Source: an uncultured Chloroflexia bacterium (lineage in GTDB: Bacteria > Chloroflexota > Limnocylindria > Limnocylindrales > CSP1-4). From it: a stretch of DNA of 64,000 nucleotides. Under the pieces are notes generated by a model. That model saw only the letters and a list, made by a program, of their open reading frames with translations. It ran no database searches and had not been told where the DNA came from. Positions 10,727-22,469 of the stretch are shown piece after piece (the first letter of the stretch is position 1; each line of letters begins with the position of its first letter). Made by a program: the position numbers and the translations under genes. Where the stretch lies: contig CAVZVH010000019.1 in NCBI GenBank assembly GCA_963778645.1, forward strand, positions 87,424 through 151,423. Reading direction: 5' to 3'.

Positions 10727-11406
10727 TCAGTCGGGGGGTCTGGCCGGGCGGGGCTCCCGAGTCGTCGGCCAGATAGTCCTCGATGGACTCGATGAGCTCG
10801 CGGGCTCGCGGTGAGTCCGCATCGCAGGAGCGTTCCGGCCCGGATCATGACGAGGGTCGCCTTCGGATCATGGAACGTGTCGAGGAGGTCCATCCCAGAC
10901 GACAAGACGACGGTGGTGAGATCTTGCAGGTTCTCGTCCAGGTTGGATCCGTCATCTCGCACGTACCAGATGTCCGGACGGTCGTGCGGCGCGCGGTCGA
11001 TGAGTCTACTCAGCGCTTCGCGGTGCTTCCTGAATGACGGCAACGTGCGACGGTCCCTCGGTTCGCTGAACGGGCGGAACCAGGGCTGCGCGATGGTCTT
11101 GCGCATGGAACGCCGGAATGGGTCGCAATCCCAGTAGTGCGGACGAGGTCGGCCGTCGCGCTCCGGGATCGAAGGAGCTGGCCTCAGGAACGGCGGATAC
11201 GAGGCCACATACGCGGAGAGCGACAACGGCGGACAGCCAACGGCCTCCGCGTGCTGACCGACGGCTTGCAGCTCCACCACGTCGATGGCATCGCCTGCAT
11301 ACCGCCATGCGACGCGCTCGGTTCGTTCCTTGAATCCGCGGGCCCGTAGATCCGGCCACAGCGTCGCGCGAAGCTTGCGATTCAGGTCCTTGACGTCGAG
11401 GCTCAT
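10727..11406 (-). CDS. Hypothetical protein, weak DUF4304-like N-terminus (3' end approximate, frameshift near 10822)
   Basis: Coding-like ORF MSLDVKDLNRKLRATLWPDLRARGFKE; convergent with ptsI. Confidence 0.6.
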
Positions 11407-11497
11407 GTGGCGTGCGGCTTCTCCGATTCAGTTCTACCTGGTCGAGGATATGTCTCGGGCCGTGGCGGCATCGGTTGCCGATGCCGCTCGGATCGGC

Positions 11498-12280
11498 TTA
11501 CTCGCCGAGGCCGATCCCACGCGGTGGTCGGTCGAGGATGCGAGCCACGCCGCCTTCGACCGTCGCCCACAACAGTGCCGAACCTGGCCAGGGCGCATCC
11601 GCGGTCGTCAGTGCACGGTAGGCCTTGGCGGCATTGCCCGGGTACTCGCTTCGAAGGGTCTCTGTCACCGACCCGACGATCCGTCGGTTCGTGACCGTCG
11701 AGCGGACGATGAGGAGTCGGTCGATCCGAGGTGTCGCCTCGCCTTGCATGGCTCGCCACACGGTCGCCGATGGCAGGGCGTCGGCCTTCTCGTGCGACCA
11801 GCGAAGGAGCTGTTCGATCCGTCGCAGCTCGGACTGCACCTCGGTCGAGACGACCACCGAAGGCTTCGGTTCGTGGAGAACCGCGTCGATGACGCCGCGG
11901 ACGGGCCGATATACCGGCACCTCGAGGTACCGTGACCAGCGAGGGTGCAGGTCGCGAAGCAACGCTTCGACGATCGCCGACTGGATCGGATCGCGGATCC
12001 GCGGTCCGGTGCCCGGATAGATCCGGATCCGGAGGTCGCCTCCGAGCGCCGACGCGATCGCGGTGAGCACGGCGATGCTCGGCTCGCGCAGCCCACGTTC
12101 GATCAGGGAGAGGAAGCCGTCGTCGATGCTCGCAAGGACGGCCAGCCGCCGGATGCTGATCCCGGCGTCGATCCGCTGCTGGCGGATCTCCCGACCGACC
12201 GAGACTCGGACGTCGCGCGCCTCGCGACCAATGATCGTCCGCGACGACTTGCGAGGGGTGCGGAGCCGTCGTGTCGCCAT
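11498..12280 (-). CDS. XRE-family HTH protein with C-terminal PD-(D/E)XK-like domain
   Basis: GISIRRLAVLASIDDGFLSLIERGLREPS HTH; LEVPV...GVIDAV...STEVQS nuclease-like core. Confidence 0.75.
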   Translation of the reverse strand: MATRRLRTPRKSSRTIIGREARDVRVSVGREIRQQRIDAGISIRRLAVLASIDDGFLSLIERGLREPSIAVLTAIASALGGDLRIRIYPGTGPRIRDPIQSAIVEALLRDLHPRWSRYLEVPVYRPVRGVIDAVLHEPKPSVVVSTEVQSELRRIEQLLRWSHEKADALPSATVWRAMQGEATPRIDRLLIVRSTVTNRRIVGSVTETLRSEYPGNAAKAYRALTTADAPWPGSALLWATVEGGVARILDRPPRGIGLGE

Positions 12281-12341
12281 CGACCCATTAAGGCAAGGGC
12301 CGATCACCTGTGGCTCATCGGTCCTTCGCCCTCCTCACACC

Positions 12342-12545
12342 GCTGACCGCGGGTCAGCAATTCTCGACCGGCCATCGTCCCTGACGGCGTGATCATGTCC
12401 CCAAACCGCGGATCGCCGCCCCGGGGTCAGCAAAACTCGTCGTGGCCAGGAGGCTCGGTTGTCAGGACACTCGCGTCGCTGACCCAGGGTCGGCACGGCG
12501 AGCAGGAAGGCGTCGGGTCCTCGGAATCGCTGACCCGGGGTCAGC
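12342..12545. repeat. Four copies of the 17-bp palindrome GCTGACCC-N-GGGTCAGC
   Basis: Copies at 12342-12358, 12415-12431, 12478-12494 and 12529-12545. Confidence 0.8.
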
Positions 12546-12564
12546 ACGGGGCCGCTGGAGATAC

Positions 12565-12601
12565 AGAACATCTGGTCTAAAGAAACGGACACGCCTATAC
12601 T
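12565..12601 (+). promoter_or_regulatory. lhr promoter: -10 TATACT with a LexA-box-like site over the -35 region
   Basis: AGAAC-ATCT-GGTCT at 12565-12578 (1 mismatch to GAAC-N4-GTTC); TATACT at 12596-12601; GTG at 12611. Confidence 0.55.
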
Positions 12602-12610
12602 CGCGGTCCT

Positions 12611-15600
12611 GTGACCGCGACTGTCCCGCTCGCCGATCCACTGGCCCCCTTCTCGCGACCCGTTCGCGAGTGGTTCGAGGCGAGCTTCGAGGCGCCGACA
12701 GAGGCCCAGACCGGTGGCTGGGCGGCCATCGCCGCGGGTCACCACACGCTCATCCACGCCCCGACCGGCTCCGGCAAGACGCTCGCCGCATTCCTGTGGG
12801 CGCTGGACCGCCTCGCGACCCACCCGACGCCCGAACGCACGCGCGCACAGCCCGGCACGGTCCGGGTCCTCTACGTCTCACCGCTCAAGGCCCTGACCTA
12901 CGACGTCGAACGCAACCTGCGGGCGCCGCTCACCGGGATCGGCCACGCCGCCCAACGCCTCGGCGAGCAGCCCCCGACACATCACCGTCGCCAGCCGAAC
13001 CGGCGACACGCCATCGGAAGACCGCCGCGAGATCGCCCGGCGGCCGCCCGACATCCTCATCACGACCCCCGAATCGCTGTACCTCATGCTCACGAGCCAG
13101 GCCCGGGAGGTCCTTCGCGGCGTCGAGCACGTCATCGTCGACGAGGTCCACGCGATCGCGGGCACGAAGCGCGGCGCCCACCTGGCGCTGAGCCTCGAGC
13201 GATTGGAACGCCTCCGCGCGGCTGACGCCCAACCCTTCCAGCGGATCGGCCTGAGCGCGACGCAACGTCCGCTCGATGCGATCGCCCGCTTCCTCGGTGG
13301 CATCGGGCCGAACCGGGATGTGGAGATCGTCGATGCCGGCACGCGCAAGGCGCTCGACCTCCAGGTCGTGGTGCCGGTCGATGACATGGCCGCGATCGGC
13401 GAGATCCTGCCACTCGAGGAGCAGCCCGGCGGCCCGGCCACCAGCCCGGACCCGCGGACCAGCATCTGGCCCGCGATCCACCCGCGGATCCTGGACCTCA
13501 TCCGCGAGCACAAGAGCACGATCGTCTTCACGAACAGCCGCCGCCTCTCCGAGCGCCTCGCCCAGCGGCTGAACGAGCTGGCCGGCGAGGATCTGGTCAA
13601 GGCCCACCACGGCAGCATCGCCCGCGAGCAGCGCCTGACGATCGAGGAGGACCTCAAGGCCGGGCGACTCCCCGCGCTGGTCGCGACGTCCAGCCTCGAG
13701 CTCGGCATCGACATGGGCGCCGTCGACCTCGTCATCCAGGTCGAATCGCCGACCAGCGTCGCGCGCGGCCTGCAGCGGATCGGACGCGCCGGCCACCAGG
13801 TCGGCGCCCCGAGCAAGGGCGTCATCTTCCCGAAGTACCGAGGTGACCTCCTCGAGGTGGCGGTCGTCGCGAAACGGATGCACGACGGCGCCATCGAAGC
13901 CACGACGATCCCGCGCAATCCGCTCGATGTCCTGGCCCAGCAGCTCGTGGCGATGACCGTCATGGACCGCTGGACGGTCGCGGACCTCCTCGAGACGGTC
14001 AACCGGGCGGCGCCATACGAGTCGCTGACCCGCGACCTGCTCGAGGGCGTGCTGGGCATGCTCGCAGGCGCCTACCCGTCCGACGAATTCGCCGAGCTCA
14101 AGCCGCGCGTCGTCTGGGACCGCGTGACCGATGTCGTCGAGGGCCGGCGTGATGCCCGGGTCGTGGCGGTGACCAGCGGCGGCACCATCCCGGACCGCGG
14201 CCTGTACGGCGTCTTCATGGTCGGCGAGGCCGGGAACGCCGGCCGGCGCGTCGGCGAGCTCGACGAGGAGATGGTCTACGAGCTTCGGGCGGGGATGCAC
14301 GGCGACGTCATCGTCCTCGGCGCCAGCAGCTGGCGGGTCGACGAGATCAGCCACGATCGAGTCACCGTCACGCCCGCGCCGGGCGTGCCAGGCAAGCTGC
14401 CGTTCTGGAAGGGCGACGCGATCGGCCGCCCGATCGAGCTCGGGCGCGCGATGGGTGCGTTCGTCGGCGAACTCGAAGTCGATCTCGCGAAGGGCGACCG
14501 GGGTCGTCGGGCGGCCTCCGCCCGCCTGCGCGAGGAGCATGACCTCGACGAACGCGCCGCCGACAACCTCCTCGCCTATCTCGAGGATGAACGCGAGGCG
14601 ACCGGCAGTCTGCCGACCGACAAGCGCATCGTCCTCGAGCGCTTCCGAGACGAGCTGGGCGACTGGCGGCTGACGCTGCTGACGCCGTTCGGCGGCAGGG
14701 TCCATGCCCCGTGGTCGATGGCCATCGAGAGCCGCCTGGCCGAGCGCCTGGGCCTCGAGGTCCAGACGATCTGGTCCGACGACGGCATCGCGATCCGCCT
14801 GCCCGAGGGTGACGCACCACTGGACGGCATCGAGGCGCTGCTCTTCCCCGAGGCCGACGAGGTCGAGGATCTCGTCGTCGGGCAGGTCGCGTCGTCGTCG
14901 CTTGTTCGCCAGCCGATTCCGCGAGAACGCGGCCCGGGCCCTGCTCCTGCCGCGGCGCCGACCCGGGACGCGGACCCCGCTGTGGCAGCAGCGCCAGCGC
15001 GCCGCCGACCTGCTGGCGGTCGCGTCCCGCTATGGGAGCTTCCCGATCCTGGTCGAGACGTATCGCGAGTGCCTGAGCGACGTGTTCGACCTGCCGGCCC
15101 TGCGCGAGGTCCTGGCGGGCGTCGCCCGGCGCGACATCGCCGTCCACAGCGTCGAGACGCTGCGGGCGAGTCCGTTCGCCAGCAGCCTGCTGTTCGATTA
15201 CGTCGCCGCCTACATGTACGACGGGGATACGCCGCTGGCGGAACGGCGCGCCGGGGCGCTCACCCTCGATCGCGATCTGCTGCGGGAACTGCTGGGTCAG
15301 GAGGAGCTGCGCGAGCTGCTCGACCCCGATGCCCTCGCCGACCTGGAGCTGTCGCTCCAGGCACTCACCGACGACCGACGCGCGACGACCGCGGACGGGG
15401 TCCACGACCTCCTGCGACGACTGGGCGACCTTGATGCCGACGAGATCGCGGCCCGGGTCGAGGGCGAGGTCGAGGTCGCTGGTCCGTGGCTCGAGGAGCT
15501 CGCCGGGAGCCGCCGGGCGGTGCGGACCCGGATCGCCGGGGAAGAGCGCTGGATCGCCATCGAGGATGTGGCGCGGTATCGCGACGGGGTGGGCGTGTCC

Positions 15601-17182
15601 GCGCCGGTCGGCGTCCCGGAGGCGTTCCTGGCTCCCGTCAGCGGCGCCCTCGACGGGCTCCTCGCTCGCTGGGCCCGGTCGCATGGACCGTTCCTGACCC
15701 CCGAGCCGGCCCGCCGCTGGGGCCTGCCGATCGGGATCGTGGAGGACGCGCTGGAGCGGCTGCTGTCCGCTGGCACGCTGCTCCGCGGGGAGTTCAGGCC
15801 TGGCGGCGCGGAACGCGAGTGGTGCGACCCAGATGTCCTGCGGCTCCTTCGCCGTCGTTCGCTGGCGCGCCTGCGGCGCGAGGTCGAGCCGGTCGATCCG
15901 GCCGCGCTGGGACGGTTCCTGCCGGAGTGGCACGGCATCGCGCCCGTGGGGAGTGCCACCATCCCCGTTCCGTGGCACGGCCGCCCTGGAGCGCCTGGCC
16001 GAGGTCGTCGACCAGCTGGCCGGCCTGCCCATCCCCGCCTCGGTCCTGGAGCGGGACGTGCTGCCGGCACGGATCCCGGGCTATCAGCCGCGACTGCTGG
16101 ACGAGCTGGGCTCGCTCGGCGAGGTGGCCTGGGTGGGACGCGGGAGTCTCGGTCGCGACGACGGCCGGATCGCCCTCATCCGGCCGGGACGCGACGCGCT
16201 CCGACCCGTCGGTCCGGTCGAGGGTGTCGAACGGCCGTCCGGCACGCGCCACGAGGCCCTGCGCGAGCACCTCGCCCGCCGCGGGGCGTCGTTCTACCGC
16301 GCGCTGCATGCCGCGTCGGGCGGCGGTCCCGACCGCGACGTCCTCGATGCGCTGTGGGACCTCGTCTGGGCGGGCGAGGTGACCAACGACACGTTCGCGC
16401 CGCTTCGGGCGCTGCGCTGGAAGCGGACGGGGAGCGGCGGGAATCGCCGCCCGCGGCCTGGACGGCTGACCGCTCTCGGCCCTCCCGAGGCCGCAGGCCG
16501 TTGGTCGCTGGTCGAGCCGCCCGCCGCGATCAGCCCGACGGAGCGCTTCCATGCCCAGGCGCTGGCGATGCTCGAGCGCCACGGTGTCCTCACTCGCGAA
16601 GCGGTGGCCTCGGAGGGTCTCGAGGGCGGCTTCAGCGCGGTCTACCCGGTCCTGCGCGCCCTTGAGGATGCCGGGCGAATCCGGCGGGGATACTTCGTCG
16701 ACGGGCTCGGGGCGGCACAGTTCGCGATCGCGGGCGCCCTGGATCGGCTGCGCGCGGCCCGCGACGTCCCGGAGGCGGGATCGGGGCCCGTGACCTCAGG
16801 GCCGGTGACCTACGTCCTGGGCGCGACGGACCCGGCGAACCCGTACGGCGCGGCGTTGCCCTGGCCGCGTCGCGACGAGCGCGATCGCCGGCCCCTGCAA
16901 CGGGCCGCCGGCGCCTACGTGGTCATGGTCGATGGGGTCGCGGTCCTCTACCTCGAGCGGGGCGGCTCCACGCTCCAGACCCTCGCGCCGTCCGACGATC
17001 CGGAGGTGGCGGCCGTGGCGACACGCGCGTTGATGACCCTCGTGACCAGCGGACGCGTCCGCGAGCTCGTCGTTCGCAAGGTCGATGGCCTGCCGGTCGC
17101 CGAGTCACCCCGGCGGGCGGCGCTCATCGAGGCGGGATTCGCGAACGCCTATCGTGGCCTGACGTTGCGAACCGCGAGGTAG
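12611..17182 (+). CDS. lhr: Lhr DEAD/DEAH helicase with long C-terminal winged-helix region (3 frameshifts)
   Basis: APTGSGKT, YVSPLKAL, ITTPESL, VDEVH, GLSAT, HHGS, LELGIDMG, QRIGRAGH; C-terminal GEVTNDTF, RRGYFV, ATDPANPYG. Confidence 0.95.
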
Positions 17183-17185
17183 GCC

Positions 17186-18010
17186 GTGCCCGAAGGCGAC
17201 ACGCTCTTTCGGACGGCGGCGGGTCTTCGGCCGCACCTCGTCGGCCGGGCCGTCACCGCGGCGCGCGCCAACGGTCCGGGCGCCGTGCCACAGACGCACC
17301 GCCTCGTGGGGCGAACCATCGATGCGGTGGAATCGGCCGGCAAGAACCTGATCATCCGGTTCGATGGCGGCCTCGAGCTCCGGACCCATCTGCGCATGAA
17401 CGGCTCGTGGCACCGATACCGGCCGGGCGAGCGATGGCGGCGGCCGGCGGCCCGGGCGCGACTCGTCCTCGAGGTGCCGGGCGCCGTCGCGGTCTGCTTC
17501 GATGCTCCGGTCGTCGAGCTGTTCGAGACGCGTGCCGCGGCCGTCCATCCCTCGCTCGGGCGGCTCGGGCCCGACCTCCTCGATCCGGCGTTCGATGCGG
17601 GCGAGGCCCGTCGCCGGCTGCGCGATCCGTCCCGGGCCGGCACGGAGATCGGCGTGGCGCTGCTGGACCAGCGGGCGCTGGCGGGCATCGGCAACGTCTA
17701 CAAGAACGAGGTCCTCTGGATCGAGCGCGTCTCGCCGTTCACGACGGTCGCCGACCTCGATGACGCGACCCTCGACCGACTGATCGCCACGAGCCGGCGA
17801 CTCTTGCTGGCGAACGCGACACCGACGCGAGGCGCGGAACGAGTCACGACCGCGGGCGATCGCGGCGCTCCGGGTCCGCTCTACGTCTACAGTCGCGGTG
17901 GGCGGCCGTGCCGCCGCTGTCGCATGCCCATCGCCTCGACCCGCCAGGGGGCGGACCTGCCGCGCACGACCTACTGGTGCCCGACCTGCCAGGGAGGACC
18001 GCCCCGATGA
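17186..18010 (+). CDS. nei: Fpg/Nei family DNA glycosylase
   Basis: N-terminal PEGD, HLRMNGSW, LLDQRALAGIGNVYKNE, zinc finger CRRC...WCPTCQ. Confidence 0.93.
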   Translation: MPEGDTLFRTAAGLRPHLVGRAVTAARANGPGAVPQTHRLVGRTIDAVESAGKNLIIRFDGGLELRTHLRMNGSWHRYRPGERWRRPAARARLVLEVPGAVAVCFDAPVVELFETRAAAVHPSLGRLGPDLLDPAFDAGEARRRLRDPSRAGTEIGVALLDQRALAGIGNVYKNEVLWIERVSPFTTVADLDDATLDRLIATSRRLLLANATPTRGAERVTTAGDRGAPGPLYVYSRGGRPCRRCRMPIASTRQGADLPRTTYWCPTCQGGPPR

Positions 18011-18288
18011 CCGACATCGACGTCAGCTGCGCCCGCGTCGATGGTGGCGGCTGGACCTGCGGCGTCGCCCTGACCGATGCCGACGGCTCGATGTCCAGTC
18101 ACCAGGTGGCGGTCTCCGAGGATGACCTCGCGCGCCTGGCCCCCGGCGCAACGGACCCACACGATCTCGTCGTGCGGTCGTTCCGGTTTCTGATCGCGCA
18201 CGAGCCGAAGGAATCGATCCTGCGAACCTTCGACCTGCCGGTGATCGGTCGCTACTTCCCGGACTACGAGCCGACGATCCGCCGCTGA
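18007..18288 (+). CDS. Small hypothetical protein (93 aa)
   Basis: ATGA overlap with nei; SFRFLIAHEPKESILRTFDLPVIGRYFPDYE. Confidence 0.75.
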   Translation: MTDIDVSCARVDGGGWTCGVALTDADGSMSSHQVAVSEDDLARLAPGATDPHDLVVRSFRFLIAHEPKESILRTFDLPVIGRYFPDYEPTIRR

Positions 18289-19256
18289 GCCCCGGCTCGG
18301 GCCCCCGGCAGGGAGGCTGGGGGCAGGCACACGCTCGGGTTGGTCGGGATCGAGACGAATGTCGGCAGCCCGATGTCGACCTCTCGGGTCCATCCAGCCA
18401 ACCTGTACGCCAACCGGACGCGCGAGACCAGCGTGGCCGACTCCGCCTGTGCCGCCGGCACACCTGCCGCGCATGGGCCGCCCCGTCCGACGGCCACGAT
18501 CAGGAGCTGCTCGCCCGGATCCAGACGGATGGGCCATGCGACGATGGCGGCCGCCATCTGCGGTGGTCGGCCATCGGCCCGGTCCGCCTCCGACACGGGC
18601 AGCGAACCAAGGCCGACGATCGCGAAACCGAGATCGATCGAGGGTCCCTCGGCGTACCCGAGGATCGTCACCGGCAGCGGTCCGCCGTTGCGGATCGCGA
18701 AGGCGAACGTCGCCGGGTCGCCCGGGCCGACGTCGTACTCCGACCACGAGCCGATCCCGGCCGGGGAGCTCGTGGTGTGCCCGATGCCGTCGCCCCACAG
18801 CCGCGTCACCGCATCTTCGGCCACAGGCTGGAGTTCCATCACGAACGCCCCACAGGCCGCGAGGACGACGATCCCGACGATGCCCGCCACGCGGTCCACG
18901 AGTCGCCCGCGTCCGATCATGCTCACAAGGCCGACGGCGGCGATCGCGACGAAGGCCATCGCGAAGATGGGCGGTAGGGCCGGCTCTCCGGCCAGCCCGA
19001 CACCATCGGTCGTGGTGTCGAGTGGCACGCCGTCCCCGCCTCCTCCGATGAGACCCTCGGTCAGTGCCAGCAACGCAAGCCCGCCGAACCCGATCGCGAC
19101 CGCCAGCAACGCCGGCCGGTGGCTGCTCCGGCCCGTCGTGGGCGGAGCATCCCAGGCGACGACCGGCGCGGCATGCGGGGCGGCGGGCGTCTCGGGATCC
19201 TCGCGGGTCACGGCGTTCCTCCGGATTGCGGTGGGGCGCGTGTTCCCCATCGGCAC
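18264..19256 (-). CDS. Hypothetical membrane protein (3 TM, beta-rich C-terminal domain); start uncertain
   Basis: Three hydrophobic segments followed by FAFAIRNGGPLPVTI. Confidence 0.6.
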   Translation of the reverse strand: MPMGNTRPTAIRRNAVTREDPETPAAPHAAPVVAWDAPPTTGRSSHRPALLAVAIGFGGLALLALTEGLIGGGGDGVPLDTTTDGVGLAGEPALPPIFAMAFVAIAAVGLVSMIGRGRLVDRVAGIVGIVVLAACGAFVMELQPVAEDAVTRLWGDGIGHTTSSPAGIGSWSEYDVGPGDPATFAFAIRNGGPLPVTILGYAEGPSIDLGFAIVGLGSLPVSEADRADGRPPQMAAAIVAWPIRLDPGEQLLIVAVGRGGPCAAGVPAAQAESATLVSRVRLAYRLAGWTREVDIGLPTFVSIPTNPSVCLPPASLPGARAGAQRRIVGS

Positions 19257-19280
19257 CGAGACACGCTAGCATCGCGACCG

Positions 19281-19997
19281 ATGTGTGAGCACTTCATCGC
19301 CCGAGCCGCGGAGCCGTTCTCGCTCGACGAGCTGTGGTCGTTCGCCGAGCGTCTCGAGCGCTTCGGGATCGCCGGTTTTGGCTGGGGCGCGGCGTGGCTG
19401 GCCTCGGACGGGTCGCTGGAGATGCACCGCGACCTGCGGGCGTTCCGCGACGATCCGGCCCGTGCCGACATCGGCCGCAACGAGACGACGGCCGCGCTCG
19501 TACACCTGCGCCGGCCGTCGCGGCTATCGACACTGACCGTCCCCGACACACAGCCGTTCGAGGACCCGGCCGGTCGGTACGCCTTCAGCCACAACGGCGA
19601 TCTGCGCGACTACCGCGGCCTTCGCACGACCTATCGCGGCCAGGGCCGTATCCACGGCCGCGCCGACACGGAGGTCGGGGCGCGCTGGCTGGAAGACGCG
19701 TGGCAACCCGGCGGGTCGGTCGGCCAGCTGCTCGGTGCGCTGCACGATCGATTCGGTGGGCAGGCCAACCTGGCCGTGCTGCGCCGGGACGGCACGCCCT
19801 ACCACTACGCGGGCAACACGGAAAATCCCGTCTTCTCGTTCCGGCTCGGCGGCATCGCCCTGGTCTCGACCGGGATCTATTCGCTGGATCGCTCGCTGTT
19901 CCGGTTCGTCGCACCCGCCGCCACGGACCGACGGCTGGTCCCGCTGCGCACGACAGTCACGCTGGACTCCGCCGGAGCGTCACTTGCCGTGACGTAG
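19281..19997 (+). CDS. Class II glutamine amidotransferase (Ntn, YafJ/EgtC-like)
   Basis: MC N-terminus, GWGAAW, HLRRPS, DTQPF, FSHNGDL, ADTE; TAGCAT 8 nt upstream. Confidence 0.85.
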   Translation: MCEHFIARAAEPFSLDELWSFAERLERFGIAGFGWGAAWLASDGSLEMHRDLRAFRDDPARADIGRNETTAALVHLRRPSRLSTLTVPDTQPFEDPAGRYAFSHNGDLRDYRGLRTTYRGQGRIHGRADTEVGARWLEDAWQPGGSVGQLLGALHDRFGGQANLAVLRRDGTPYHYAGNTENPVFSFRLGGIALVSTGIYSLDRSLFRFVAPAATDRRLVPLRTTVTLDSAGASLAVT

Positions 19998-20095
19998 GAT
20001 GTCCCCAGCCGACACAACGGAGGCCGTCATACGAGCGGGGGGCGAGGCGACCTGGGAGCGGCCCCGACTCGGGCGCGACAGCAGGGAGCGATGGG

Positions 20096-21450
20096 ATGCA
20101 TCAGCCCAGCGGCCCAGCGTCCGGCGACCTAGCGCCCGACGGGCGCCCGACAGCGGTCCTTCCGCTCAGCCAACTCTTCCAGATCTCGATCTACTGGTTC
20201 GGGATCAACGCGATCTGGGGGGCGCTCGACGGCGTCATCCTCCAGGAGCGCGTGCCGGACCTCGTGGATCCGGGCACCGGCGGGTCAGCGCTGGCCATCC
20301 TGAAAGTCCTCGCCGTGCTGATGGCGATCGTCATCCAGCCAACGGTCGGCACCATCAGCGATTACACGATGAGCCGGTGGGGTCGCCGCAAGCCATACAT
20401 CGCCATCGGCGCCACGCTCGATGTCGTCTTCCTCCTCGGGATCGCCTATTCGCAGACGTTTGTCGCGGTCGATCGCGTTCGTCGTGCTCCTGCAGTTCAG
20501 CTCGAACTTCGCGCAAGGGCCGTTCCAGGGATACATCCCCGATCTCGTCGGTGCCCGTCAGGTCGCACTCGCGAGCGCCCTCGTCGGGATCATGTCCGTC
20601 CTCGGCGTCGTCGGCGGCCAGACGATCGCGTCGCTAGGCTATCGGTCCGATCCTCCTGACTTCACGATCCCGTTGATCGCGGTCGGCGTCGTTGAGTTCC
20701 TGACGATGCTCGGCACCGTCGCTCTGGGTCCGGGAGGGACGCATGGCGCGTGACCGCGCCGGACGGGGCTGGGTCTCGATCGCGGCGGAGGCCTGGGGGA
20801 CCGACATCCTGCGCGAACGAAGCTTTGTCTGGCTCGTCGCGTCTCGGCTCTTCTTCCTGATGGGCGTGGCTATCATCTACAACCTGAACGTGCTCTACCT
20901 CGAGCGCTCGCTCGGGCTGAGTGATGCGGACAAGGCTTTCTGGGTCCCGGTCACCAGCGTCATCATCGGGATCGCGATCATCGTCACGTCACTGCCGGCG
21001 GCCAAGCTATCCGATCGGATCGGCCGCAAGGCCGTCATCTACGGTGCGTGCGCCCTCGGGGCGGTGGGGATGTCGATTCTCGCGCTGGCGCCGAGCGTCC
21101 CCATCGCCGAGGTCGGTATCCTGTGCGTGGCCATCGGGGCCGGAGCGTTCCTCGCGGTCGACTGGGCGCTGATGACGGACATCATCCCGAAGGCCTCCTC
21201 GGGCCGTTACATGGGCATGAGCAACGTCGCGACGGCCTCGGCAGGAGCCTTCGCCCTGATCATCGGCGGGCCGCTCATCGACATCGTGGGCGGCAAGCAG
21301 GAAACCGGCGCCGGTCCACGAGCCGCCATCACCGTCGGGGTCCTGCTCTTCGTGATCGCCGCAGCGCTCCTGCGACCGGTCGACCAACGACGACGCGACG
21401 ACGCCGACGACCTAGTCGCGATCCCCGTCACACCGGTGCCGGCCGGCTGA
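20096..21450 (+). CDS. MFS transporter (frameshifted)
   Basis: GTISDYTMSRWGRRKPYI and KLSDRIGRKAVI motif A; many TM helices. Confidence 0.88.
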
Positions 21451-22359
21451 TCCTCGCGGAGAGGTCGCCAAGCCAGCGACGCCAGGTCGCCGACCCGCAG
21501 GAAGTCGAATGGGTCCGGCCGGCGATAGAGCCACGGGACGAACGCCCACAGGTAGACCAGGTAGTCCAGCCGGACCGGCCGCGCCCCGAACCCGAACAGG
21601 ACCTGGAGCTGGACGATCGTGAGCGGCAGCGTGATGACGCTGAGCCCGATCGAGACCGCCAGCCAGCCGAGCCCCCACAGCCGGGTGCGCGGCGCGAGGA
21701 CGAACCAGAAGACGGCTGGCAGCCATTTCATCCAGGTCGCCAGGGCCCACAACAGGCCACCGAGGCGCGGACCGGTGAACTGGGCGGCCCACAACATCAG
21801 CGTCAGCTGCAGGTTGATGTTGCCCGTGTCGAGGTTGGCGCCGAACGGGAACGCCAGGATCGCGACGATGACCGCCGTCGTCAGGGGCCGCCGCCGATAG
21901 GCCCAGTGGATCGTCCACAGCAGCAGCAGGATCGTGGCTCCGCGCCAGACGAACCAGGCCACGTCCCAGGGCAGCACGGCCCAGGGCGCGAAGAGCGGCA
22001 ACGTCCAGGGCGCGTAGACGTAGGGCAGGAACGGGCCGGTCGGGTGGTACGCGGTCGCCGCCGTTGAGCCAGATCCGGACGCCGGCCCAGTACGCCCGGG
22101 CATCTGCCCCGGCCGATTCGCCGCGGGCCAGCAGGCCGGCCACGAGCAGTGCGAACATCAGGCTCAGGAGCAGGATGGCGGCGATGCGCCGCGGGTCCCG
22201 CAGGCGTGACGTCTCCCGCCGCAGCGCTCGCCGGAAGACCCCGGCCCGGCGCCGGGTCGGGCGGTCGATCATCTCGGTGAGGTCCACCACGATCCGTCCG
22301 CGGCCACGGGCCGATCCGGGGATCGGACGGAGGGCGGGCGGCTCGTTCGGGTCGGCCAT
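21447..22359 (-). CDS. GT87/DUF2029-like membrane glycosyltransferase (frameshifted; end approximate)
   Basis: DARAYW...PYVYAPW..LFAPW, NLDTGNIN, WMKWLP. Confidence 0.75.
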
Positions 22360-22469
22360 GACGGGTCGATTCTCGCATGCCCCCGTCGAGGTCTCGTGGT
22401 CCCTCCGGGCGGCGGCCCGGTTCGAGGCGGTATCCTCACGGCCATCCAACGCTGAAGACCGTGAGGCTT

